DNA from: Candidatus Woesearchaeota archaeon
GTDB lineage: Archaea > Nanobdellota > Nanobdellia > SCGC-AAA011-G17 > JACPNG01
DNA length: 28,355 bases
NCBI GenBank assembly: GCA_964491045.1
Contig: CAZBFA010000001.1
Location: 1-28,355, forward strand
Direction: 5' to 3'
Position numbers and translations under genes: made by a program. Below the pieces are notes generated by a model, which ran no database searches, was not told the DNA's origin, and saw nothing but the letters and a program-made list of their open reading frames with translations. Numbering within the stretch: position 1 is the stretch's first letter; each line of letters starts with the position of its first letter. Shown here piece by piece: positions 19,266 through 26,604 of the stretch.

Positions 19266-19287
19266 ACACCTTCATTTCCTATGGAAG
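19266..19287 (-). promoter_or_regulatory. ORB-like box 1 (CTTCCATAGGAAATGAAGGTGT)
   Basis: Fits the TTCC-N3-GGAAA...AAGG ORB pattern; lies just upstream of the cdc6 TATA (19237-19230). Confidence 0.75.
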
Positions 19288-19588
19288 ATCTTATTTATGT
19301 TTTCAGCTAATAAACTTTGTTCACTACTTAAAAAAGTCATAAAAAATAACCCTTAAACAGTTAATATTATAAAAACATGGCAAAAAAACGAACAAAACAG
19401 CTAATACAGAATAATAACAAAGGCAAATTAAAAAAGATGAACAAATAGTAAGTAAAATATAAAAATATCATTATATTATATATGATTTGGCATTTAACAT
19501 AAAAATCAGCCTTTATATTAAATATTAAGTGTATATAGGGCATAATAAACTAATCAGATAACTCCAAACGAAACAATGGTGTGACATC

Positions 19589-19605
19589 CTTCCATCAGAA
19601 ATGAA
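19589..19605 (+). promoter_or_regulatory. ORB-like box 2 (CTTCCATCAGAAATGAA), no G-string
   Basis: 15/17 identical to box 1, in inverted orientation across the AT-rich stretch. Confidence 0.6.
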
Positions 19606-19664
19606 ATCAAATAATCTTGTTTTTTTGCACAATCTTTATAACTTTCTATGCTATTGCTATGCTT

Positions 19665-20282
19665 ATGGAAAAAAACATAATTACATTGGCAGAAGAATAT
19701 TGCAGGCATTTTCATAAGCAGCAGAAAAGAAAAGGGGGCAACCAGGAGCCATATGAATCGCATCCTTTTGCCGTTCGTGATATCTTGGTTAAGTATGGCT
19801 ATGATGATCCAGAAACACAGGCAATAGCATTGCTGCATGATACAGTCGAAGACACTTCATTGGAAAAGAACAAGGGTGAAATTGAAAAAAGATTTGGCGC
19901 TGTAGTATATGAGGGTGTTTATGCTCTTTCAAACAACACTATTGGGAAGCATAACAAAAGATTATCCCCGTTATTCGCTAGTTTGGGCATAGAATTTACC
20001 ATCCATAATAGGAAATTGACCTCACAAGCATATAAATTAAGGATTCTCTTCAGCAGAAACAGCATCAAAAGAGTGAAAATAGCAGACATGATTCATAATA
20101 CAAAAGTATTGCCAGACTTAAGCTTGACTGGCATTGAAAGAAAATTACAGGATGCTGAAACTTTTTATATCCCTCTTGGAATGTGCGTTGCTCCGCTGAT
20201 GGTGCAGGAATTGGCAGCAAATATAATCAATTACAAGGCATCAGAGCATTATAAAAAATTTTTCGGTGTTGAAGACCATTAA
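19665..20282 (+). CDS. HD-domain hydrolase, RelA/SpoT-hydrolase (Mesh1/SAH)-like
   Basis: H..Q.RK....PY.SHP..V, ALLHDTVEDT and VKIADMIHN. TATA at 19635-19642 supports ATG 19665. Confidence 0.85.
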   Translation: MEKNIITLAEEYCRHFHKQQKRKGGNQEPYESHPFAVRDILVKYGYDDPETQAIALLHDTVEDTSLEKNKGEIEKRFGAVVYEGVYALSNNTIGKHNKRLSPLFASLGIEFTIHNRKLTSQAYKLRILFSRNSIKRVKIADMIHNTKVLPDLSLTGIERKLQDAETFYIPLGMCVAPLMVQELAANIINYKASEHYKKFFGVEDH

Positions 20283-20305
20283 GTAAGATTATATAAATAA
20301 CAAAC

Positions 20306-21202
20306 CTATTTTTTCTCTTTTAAAATATCCTTGAATGTATCAACAGCATGCCTTAAATCTGTTGCAACAGCATCAGCATTATTTTTATGGGAAAACATTA
20401 CACTAGATTTTTCTGCAACTATCTGGTTGACATACTTTAGTGCATTTGAAATTCTTGCGCCCCCAATCCAACCAAGCTCTTTATTTATTTTGCCGAATGC
20501 ATAAATAACTATCCCAACCAGCTCGCCATTTGCATTTATTATTGCGCCACCGCTCTGCCCGCATTTGCCTCTTACATCTGTTTCAAACAGATCATGTATT
20601 TTATAATCACTTCCTTTAAATTTACAGCGCAATCGTGATGCAGTTATAATGCCTATGCTGTTTCTTACATGCCCATCTCTGTATCCAATGACATTTACTT
20701 CACAGCCTTTTTTTAATGCATCTTTTCTGTCCACTAATGCTTTTATTGGCGTTGGATGCAATGAGTGTTTTTTTGCTTTTAAGATTGCTAGGTCCGTATT
20801 CCTATTGTACCATATTCCATTCTGCCTGCTTACAATATATTCCTTTTTCTCACCAGTCTTTATTATTATTTTTCCATTAGGAGGTATATCTTCAACAACA
20901 TGATAAGCAGTTATGACATACCCATCAGTTGTTATCATCAATCCAGAACCATTGTAAAGGTCCTCTTTGTTTTTGTCAACGATCTTTACAAGCACAATAT
21001 TCTTTGTTATCTCTTCCAAAGACTTTTCCACAGAAATGCCCCTTGCTTCATTTGGTGTATTTGCAAATGCATACAATGCGGCAAGAGAGCAGGCTTCCTC
21101 CTGTTCAGGCACCTTGACATTTGAGTCATAACCGCAGTAAGAAGCTAGATTTGAGCCTATAACTTTTCCCCCGGCCTTTAATATATCTAGTAGCTTTGAC
21201 AT
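20306..21202 (-). CDS. Trypsin-like (S1C-type, PDZ-less) serine protease
   Basis: GSGLMITTDGYVITAYHVV, DLAILK and GQSGGAIINANGELVGI give a complete His/Asp/Ser triad. TATA at 21232-21225 supports ATG 21202. Confidence 0.88.
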   Translation of the reverse strand: MSKLLDILKAGGKVIGSNLASYCGYDSNVKVPEQEEACSLAALYAFANTPNEARGISVEKSLEEITKNIVLVKIVDKNKEDLYNGSGLMITTDGYVITAYHVVEDIPPNGKIIIKTGEKKEYIVSRQNGIWYNRNTDLAILKAKKHSLHPTPIKALVDRKDALKKGCEVNVIGYRDGHVRNSIGIITASRLRCKFKGSDYKIHDLFETDVRGKCGQSGGAIINANGELVGIVIYAFGKINKELGWIGGARISNALKYVNQIVAEKSSVMFSHKNNADAVATDLRHAVDTFKDILKEKK

Positions 21203-21346
21203 GGGTTTTATGATCACTGTAAAATATATAAAGGGATACGTTAATTTGCATGCTGAAGGTTAAAATAAGCATTCCATTATAATCAATTATTAACCAGAAA
21301 ATTTATAAATAAGCTTCGTATAAAAGAGATGAGATAAAAGGCAAAA

Positions 21347-21610
21347 ATGGGAGACGAAGAAAAAAGATCGGCAAAACACCTTATGGGAAAGGTGGTTGTA
21401 ACGCGTTCTGGAAAGCGTTTTGGTGAAGTTTCAAACCTCTCTTTTGAGACAAGAACAGGCGAGCTCATGCATGTGGTTCTTAAAAATCCAACAACCTTTG
21501 CTCAGTCGCTGGAGCTTGAAAAAGATGCAAGAAATAACCTTCTGATACCATTTTCATCTGTTGTTGCTGTTGGCGACTTTATAGTCATTGCAGAAGAAGA
21601 GATAATCTAG
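21347..21610 (+). CDS. PRC-barrel domain protein (CdpB-like), second paralogue
   Basis: LMGKVVVTRSGKRFGEVSNLSFETRTGELMHVVL...LLIPFSSVVAVGDFIVI. Confidence 0.88.
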   Translation: MGDEEKRSAKHLMGKVVVTRSGKRFGEVSNLSFETRTGELMHVVLKNPTTFAQSLELEKDARNNLLIPFSSVVAVGDFIVIAEEEII

Positions 21611-21814
21611 ATTCCTTCTTTAAGATTTTTAGCAAACGTTTTGCTTTATTTGAATAATTTCTTTTCTGCTGCATCATGATTGAATATTTCATATCTCTTA
21701 GTTAATCTTAAGCCATATAGTCTGTTAATTCCTGTTTGCCCTCTTTTATTAAGAGAACTAGCCAGAAATCTAGCGAACTTCTAAATTAAGAAGTCCTTTA
21801 TCGATTAAGTTCGC

Positions 21815-21836
21815 AACCACCCTTTAGGGTGGAGTT
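21815..21836. repeat. Hairpin CCACCC-TTTA-GGGTGG resembling an IS200/IS605-type subterminal palindrome (orphan)
   Basis: Perfect 6-bp GC-rich stem with a TTTA loop in an AT-rich 300-bp intergenic region. No transposase in the window. Confidence 0.4.
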
Positions 21837-21909
21837 GAATGGCGTACCACGAGAATATTTTTCTAGTAATGATTTAGAATGAGTATATGCACAGATTTAT
21901 AACATTTGC

Positions 21910-22650
21910 TTATTCTCTTTGCAAGAATATTCCAACCAGTTCTTTTTTGTTTAAGCTATAAAGATCATTGACTTTCTTGCGGCCCTTGGTCAAATAAATG
22001 CCTTTTATAATCTCTTTATTGCAGTCATTTTCCGTCACACCGCAGATCTCTCTTGCATGTTGGCAAACAGGATTTATCAGTGTTTCTTCAACAAATAGGG
22101 CATCACCCTCTATCAAAGAATTATATGCAGCAAAATGCATCCCTTTTTGGGTTATAATTGTCCTCTTGAAAATGCTGTTTCCATATATGCTTTTGATTAT
22201 GCTTAAAAATCCATGGTTGAACTCTGGATTATTCACAAACTGGCATCTGTGCGCCAGTTCATGGCTTACTACAGACATCAAGAGGTGGTCTAATGCATTT
22301 TCACAAATCTGTTTGCCCCTGCGCTCATTATGGTCTGCAATCATTTTTCTGATGTTTTCTGGCGCCACCAATAAAGTTTCTGTTATTGGCACATATTTTC
22401 CAAGGACTTGCGATGCGCATTCTCGCATTAAGTCATGCTCTATCCTTTCACCATCATTTTTCGGCTCTGTCTCAATGCAGAGATCATCATAAATAAGTTT
22501 ATTCCCGTATGTCCACATGCCTTCTGGCGAAACTACCATAACTTTCAGGGTGCCAAGGTTCACTTTCCACAAGGTCAGCTTTTCTACTTCTGGCGTTATT
22601 TTTTCAACAAGCCTTTCAATAGAATTATTATCAATAATCTCCATCCCCAA
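21910..22650 (-). CDS. Zincin-type metalloprotease (DUF2342-like)
   Basis: VSHELAHRCQF with downstream LIEGDA (third Zn ligand). Confidence 0.7.
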   Translation of the reverse strand: MGMEIIDNNSIERLVEKITPEVEKLTLWKVNLGTLKVMVVSPEGMWTYGNKLIYDDLCIETEPKNDGERIEHDLMRECASQVLGKYVPITETLLVAPENIRKMIADHNERRGKQICENALDHLLMSVVSHELAHRCQFVNNPEFNHGFLSIIKSIYGNSIFKRTIITQKGMHFAAYNSLIEGDALFVEETLINPVCQHAREICGVTENDCNKEIIKGIYLTKGRKKVNDLYSLNKKELVGIFLQRE

Positions 22651-22693
22651 TCAGAATTCAGAAAAACTTATAAATTTATTGCAGATTAACAAG

Positions 22694-24355
22694 TTACATC
22701 TTTTCTGGGGCATCAATGCCAAGAAGATTCAGTCCGTTTTTGATTACCTGATTTGTTGCAATGACCAAAGACAAGCGGGCTTTTGTTATTTCCCTGTTGT
22801 CCGTTATGCATTGGCATTTGTGGTAGAACTCACTGAAGACCTGGGCTAACTGGTGCAGGTAAATTGCTATCAAATAAGGCTTTAAATCGGCAGTTGCTTT
22901 GAAAACAACTTCTGGAAAAAGATACAGCTTGTTGACAAGGTTTAATTCCTGCGGCAACGCGAGGAGCCTGTAATTTGGGTTCACAGGATTTACTTTGGCC
23001 TTTCTTAATATTGAGCAGGCTCTTGCATGGGCATATTGTATATACGGCGCGGTTTCGCCTTCAAAAGATAGTGCTGAATCCCAATCAAAGATTATATTCT
23101 TTTCAGGAGATATCTTAAGCATAGAATATTTGACTGCGCCTATCCCAATCTCTGCTGCAATGTTCTTGATGTTTTTTGCTTTTCTTCTTTTGAGCTCTTT
23201 TTCTGCCTTCTTCAATGCCTCATTTATGAAGTCATTTAACAGCACTAAATTCCCCTCCCTGGTTGACATCTTGCCTTGATCTGCAAGAAGGACATGCGCA
23301 AAATGTATTGCAGTGGGCGCCTGTTGTTTTAGCAATGACAATGATGCTTTGATTTGCTGAAAATATAGCTTTTGATCCTCACCCAGAATGAGAATATTAT
23401 TGTTTTTGGCCCGTTTTATCTTGTCTAGGGTATACATTATATCCCTCAGCCCATATAAAGAAGTGCCATTGCTTCTTGTAAGCACAAAATAAGGCTCTTT
23501 CATTGGCAGGTTGAACTCTGTTAAGTCAAGCACTTTCCTATTTTCTGCATCAGTCATAAGGTGTTTTGTCTTCTCCAATTTTGACAGTATTTCTTTCATC
23601 TTCTTGTCAAAAAGGTATTTTGATTCATAGTCAAAGAAATCATAATCAATGCCCAGCTTTGTCAACACTTCCAGCTGCCCCTTAATGCATATATCAACAA
23701 CATTCCTGAATTTTTTGACAGTCTCCCTGTCACCATCTTCAAATTTCTTAAGCAGCAGGAACACCTCTGTCTCAAGCTTCTTGCTTTTTTTCAGCTTTTT
23801 ATAGGTTGCAGAATATATATTGAGCAGGCTTTTGAAATTAACTGATTTGTTGCCTATGCCCAAAACAAGAAGGGCTATCTGTTTTCCAACATCATTAATA
23901 AAATAATGCACTTCTGTCTTGTAGCCCTGGAATTTCAATATTCTTGCTATTGAATCGCCTATTATTGCGCTTCTTGCCCTTCCTACATGAGGCTCTGCGT
24001 TGGGGTTTATGCTGGTATGCTCTACTAATGCCGTTTTTCCCTTGCCAATGAAAGAAGAGCCATATTTGTCCTTTTCTTTTGATATTGTTTTCAGTGTAAT
24101 CTCTGCCAGTTTTGACTTATTGATAAAGAAATTCAGATAAGGGCCTCTTGGGACTATTGATTCGATGAGGTCATTAGGCTTTAATTTCAATGACAGGTCT
24201 AAAGCAATTTCATATGGGCTTTTTTGCTGTTGCTTTGCTAGAAGAAAACATGGGAATGCAAAATCACCAAAATCAGGATTTGGCGGTATTTCTAGCGATA
24301 TATTCTTTTGTTTTGTTTCTTTCTTTAATGCCTTTATAATTTCTCGCTCAAACAT
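22694..24355 (-). CDS. argS: Arginyl-tRNA synthetase
   Basis: FGDFAFPCF, GPYLNF, SINPNAEPHVGRAR (HIGH), NDVGKQ, RSNGTSLY..RDI, KMSTREG, GETAPYIQYAHAR and DALR-type C-terminus. Confidence 0.96.
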   Translation of the reverse strand: MFEREIIKALKKETKQKNISLEIPPNPDFGDFAFPCFLLAKQQQKSPYEIALDLSLKLKPNDLIESIVPRGPYLNFFINKSKLAEITLKTISKEKDKYGSSFIGKGKTALVEHTSINPNAEPHVGRARSAIIGDSIARILKFQGYKTEVHYFINDVGKQIALLVLGIGNKSVNFKSLLNIYSATYKKLKKSKKLETEVFLLLKKFEDGDRETVKKFRNVVDICIKGQLEVLTKLGIDYDFFDYESKYLFDKKMKEILSKLEKTKHLMTDAENRKVLDLTEFNLPMKEPYFVLTRSNGTSLYGLRDIMYTLDKIKRAKNNNILILGEDQKLYFQQIKASLSLLKQQAPTAIHFAHVLLADQGKMSTREGNLVLLNDFINEALKKAEKELKRRKAKNIKNIAAEIGIGAVKYSMLKISPEKNIIFDWDSALSFEGETAPYIQYAHARACSILRKAKVNPVNPNYRLLALPQELNLVNKLYLFPEVVFKATADLKPYLIAIYLHQLAQVFSEFYHKCQCITDNREITKARLSLVIATNQVIKNGLNLLGIDAPEKM

Positions 24356-24396
24356 AAAAATTAAAGGTAGCAGATTGTATTTAAGGCTTATTACAA

Positions 24397-24411
24397 GTTA
24401 TACGGTATAAC
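24397..24411. promoter_or_regulatory. Perfect palindrome GTTATAC-G-GTATAAC, putative operator
   Basis: 7-1-7 inverted repeat between the divergent TATA boxes of argS (24384-24378) and the wHTH gene (24428-24435). Confidence 0.55.
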
Positions 24412-24456
24412 GCAAAAGAAGAAAAGCTTAAATAAATCAAAGCTATCTTCAATTTT

Positions 24457-24723
24457 GTGGTAAAATTAGCCAAAAGAACAGTTGATTTGCTAAAGGATGA
24501 TGTTGTTAACATCCTGTATGAAAATGCGCTTAAACCATTGTTTACTAATGAAATAGCCATGCTTTTGCGAAGAGATAATGAGTTTACCAAGAGGTTATTG
24601 CTGGACCTTAAGGGAATGGGTCTTGTTGAAGAGGTCAAGTTAAACAAAAGGAAAAAGCAATATATTCGAAGGATAAGGTGGAAAATAGAAAAAGAAGTAC
24701 TGAAAAAATTTGATGGGAGATAG
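24457..24723 (+). CDS. Small basic winged-helix DNA-binding protein
   Basis: 88 aa; LFTNEIAMLLRRDNEFTKRLLLDLKGMGLVEEV fits a wHTH. GTG start about 25 nt after a TATA. Confidence 0.7.
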   Translation: MVKLAKRTVDLLKDDVVNILYENALKPLFTNEIAMLLRRDNEFTKRLLLDLKGMGLVEEVKLNKRKKQYIRRIRWKIEKEVLKKFDGR

Positions 24724-24783
24724 CCTTAAACCTAGCAATACTAGCACAATAACCTTTAAATAACCATATTTGCCCACAAGTTC

Positions 24784-25218
24784 ATGCCAATCGTAGGTTT
24801 TAATTTTACAAAATTAACTGCAGAACGCAAGAAAGACCAGATTAAAGGAGATGTTAAGGTAAAGAATGATTTAGTTCTACAGTCTTTAACTACAACAGAA
24901 GTTGAATTGGGCGGCAAAAAACAAAACGTGCTGAAGCTAACTTTCGACTTTTTGATAGAGCACCAGCCAGGCCTGGGTAACATGATTTTAAGCGGTTTTG
25001 TGTTATTCTTGGAAGCTCCAGAGAATACAAAAGCCATCTTGGATACATGGAAAAAAGACAAGAAAATGTCTCCTCAGCTTGCAACCGTGCTTATTAATGC
25101 AATTCTCACAAGGGTGCATATTAGGGCATTGGAACTAGCGCAATCTGTTAATTTGCCTCTTCATATTAAATTGCCAATTGTTTTGCCAAAGCAGGATCTT
25201 AAGAATTATATAGGCTAA
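24784..25218 (+). CDS. Conserved archaeal hypothetical protein (possible SecB-like fold)
   Basis: 144 aa, MPIVGFNFTK...LPxHIxLP. The fold call is inferred from the beta-strand then C-terminal helix pattern. TATA at 24755-24762. Confidence 0.65.
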   Translation: MPIVGFNFTKLTAERKKDQIKGDVKVKNDLVLQSLTTTEVELGGKKQNVLKLTFDFLIEHQPGLGNMILSGFVLFLEAPENTKAILDTWKKDKKMSPQLATVLINAILTRVHIRALELAQSVNLPLHIKLPIVLPKQDLKNYIG

Positions 25219-25238
25219 GCACTCATTTATGCAGTTAT

Positions 25239-25299
25239 GCACATCCTAAGCACACTCTGAGCACACTCTGAGCACACTCTGAGCACATCCTAAGCACAT
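25239..25299 (+). repeat. Tandem 11-bp direct-repeat array
   Basis: GCACATCCTAA, GCACACTCTGA x3, GCACATCCTAA, then partial GCACAT, ending 3 nt before ATG 25303. Confidence 0.9.
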
Positions 25300-25510
25300 A
25301 AAATGTGGAAAGACGTACTATCCCTCAAAAATGACCTTAGGCTTTCTTTTTCCAAGGTTAAAGAACATATAACCTCATTAGAAGACCAGGTGAAAGCACT
25401 AAAAGAACAGGTTAAAACCCTTCAAAACGCTTTGGAAAGCTCAAACTCTCAAAATATGCCTGAATTGCCACCTTTGCCCATTCCTGTGCCAGAATCTCCT
25501 AAAGAAGTAA

Positions 25511-25531
25511 GTTCCATGGAAATGAAGGGGT
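25511..25531 (+). promoter_or_regulatory. ORB-like box 3 inside coding sequence (GTTCCATGGAAATGAAGGGGT)
   Basis: Shares TTCCAT..GGAAATGAAGG with box 1 and has a full G-string, but a 2-nt rather than 3-nt TTCC/GGAA spacer. Confidence 0.6.
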
Positions 25532-25533
25532 CT

Positions 25534-25584
25534 ATTCATTCATTCATTCATTCAAACATTCATTCATTCAACAAACAAGCATTC
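25534..25584 (+). repeat. Tetranucleotide microsatellite (ATTC)5-AAAC-(ATTC)3-AAC-AAAC-AAGC-ATTC
   Basis: Read directly; it starts 2 nt after the G-string of box 3. Confidence 0.85.
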
Positions 25585-25924
25585 AACAACTGCTCTCAAC
25601 CATTACAAAACAAGAGCTTCTGGTGCTTTTGACTATAGTTCAATTAGAAGAGGAACTTGGCACTATAACTTACTCTATATTGTCTGATAAGCTTAAACTC
25701 TCACAGGGGTGCATTAGGGGGTATATAACCTCATTAATGCGCAAAGGAGCCCCAATTTATAAAGAGAAATACAATAATAAGATAACGCTCATAAAAACAA
25801 CCTCTCATTTTAAAGCTACAGACAAACAAGCTCTCATTAGCTCATTTTACAGCATTGATCCTTATCAAAAGCGTCTTGATTAACTCTCACTTTTATGCAA
25901 AATAATCAAAAATGCCATAAAATC

Positions 25925-26530
25925 TCATTTTTGGGCCTTTTTTACTAGGGCATTTCTCTCCTTTAAGATCTCATTTTTCAGTTTTTCATCAATAAAAAAG
26001 CGTTTTTTCCCGTTTCTTTCAATATATTCCATCAATAATCCCTCATTTTTTTGTTTTATATTGTTTACTTGCCCTCTTATTGTTGATTTGTCTCTCCCCA
26101 CCATGATGCTCAAGTCATCATAAGTTAATTTCATTTCATTATTCAGCAGAATGCTTATTATGGCTCGTTCCATAGGGGTTAGATTTTTAGTCCATTTATC
26201 CCCCCTTCTGCCTGTTTGGACAACAACAGATGGTTGTTTTAAACGGCTGTCCGTTTGTGTTTGTCCAAACGGCTGTCCAAACACCCTCTCGTCTTTCTGG
26301 TTTGCCCCGAAAGCCTCGTTGAACAATAACTCTAATTGATCAATTCTCTCCTGTAATCTGAATAATTCAGCATTTTTGCTCCTATGACCATCATGTAATT
26401 TGTCTATTTTTGAATTAATATGTGTAATATCTGTTTTAACATTTAGAAATGACCTGTGCAAAGAAGAGTGTATTCTGTCAAATTTCTCGCTTAACTCCTC
26501 ATACTCTCTTTTTTTCACCCAAAAAAACAT
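25925..26530 (-). CDS. Coiled-coil/low-complexity linker/C-terminal HTH protein
   Basis: N-terminal heptads (SFLNVKTDITHINSKID), Q/T/G-rich linker, then LTPMERAIISILL..EMKLTYDDLSIMVGRDKSTIRGQVNNIKQK...KKRFFI. Confidence 0.8.
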   Translation of the reverse strand: MFFWVKKREYEELSEKFDRIHSSLHRSFLNVKTDITHINSKIDKLHDGHRSKNAELFRLQERIDQLELLFNEAFGANQKDERVFGQPFGQTQTDSRLKQPSVVVQTGRRGDKWTKNLTPMERAIISILLNNEMKLTYDDLSIMVGRDKSTIRGQVNNIKQKNEGLLMEYIERNGKKRFFIDEKLKNEILKERNALVKKAQK

Positions 26531-26604
26531 ACATATTTAAAGGTGCAACTATTTAATAAGCCTTATGGTGATTTAGGCTCAAAAAGCCTTGTTTTAATTA
26601 AAAA

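Larger units (their letters stand above)
19198..19630. other. Candidate replication origin (oriC) with AT-rich unwinding element
   Basis: Largest non-coding gap in the window, directly upstream of cdc6-DP1-DP2. Very AT-rich and A-biased on +, bracketed by two inverted ORB-like boxes. Confidence 0.7.
25303..25883 (+). pseudogene. Coiled-coil/linker/HTH gene split by a 1-nt frameshift (track ORFs 25303..25632 and 25623..25883)
   Basis: The second frame is open from 25503 and reads GNEGVYSFIHSFKHSFIQQTSIQQLLSTITKQELLVLLTIVQLEEE into the HTH (ITYSILSDKLKLSQGCIRGYITSLMRKG). One added base joins the two ORFs. Could be a pseudogene, a phase variant or an assembly error. Confidence 0.7.

Noticed and set aside
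25239-25299. 11-bp array as a mini-CRISPR
   Set aside because: Units are contiguous with no unique spacers, far shorter than CRISPR repeats, and no cas genes are in the window.
26167-26179. GTTCCATAGGGGT as a fourth ORB
   Set aside because: Half-site only, and explained by the protein motif LTPMER on the opposite strand.
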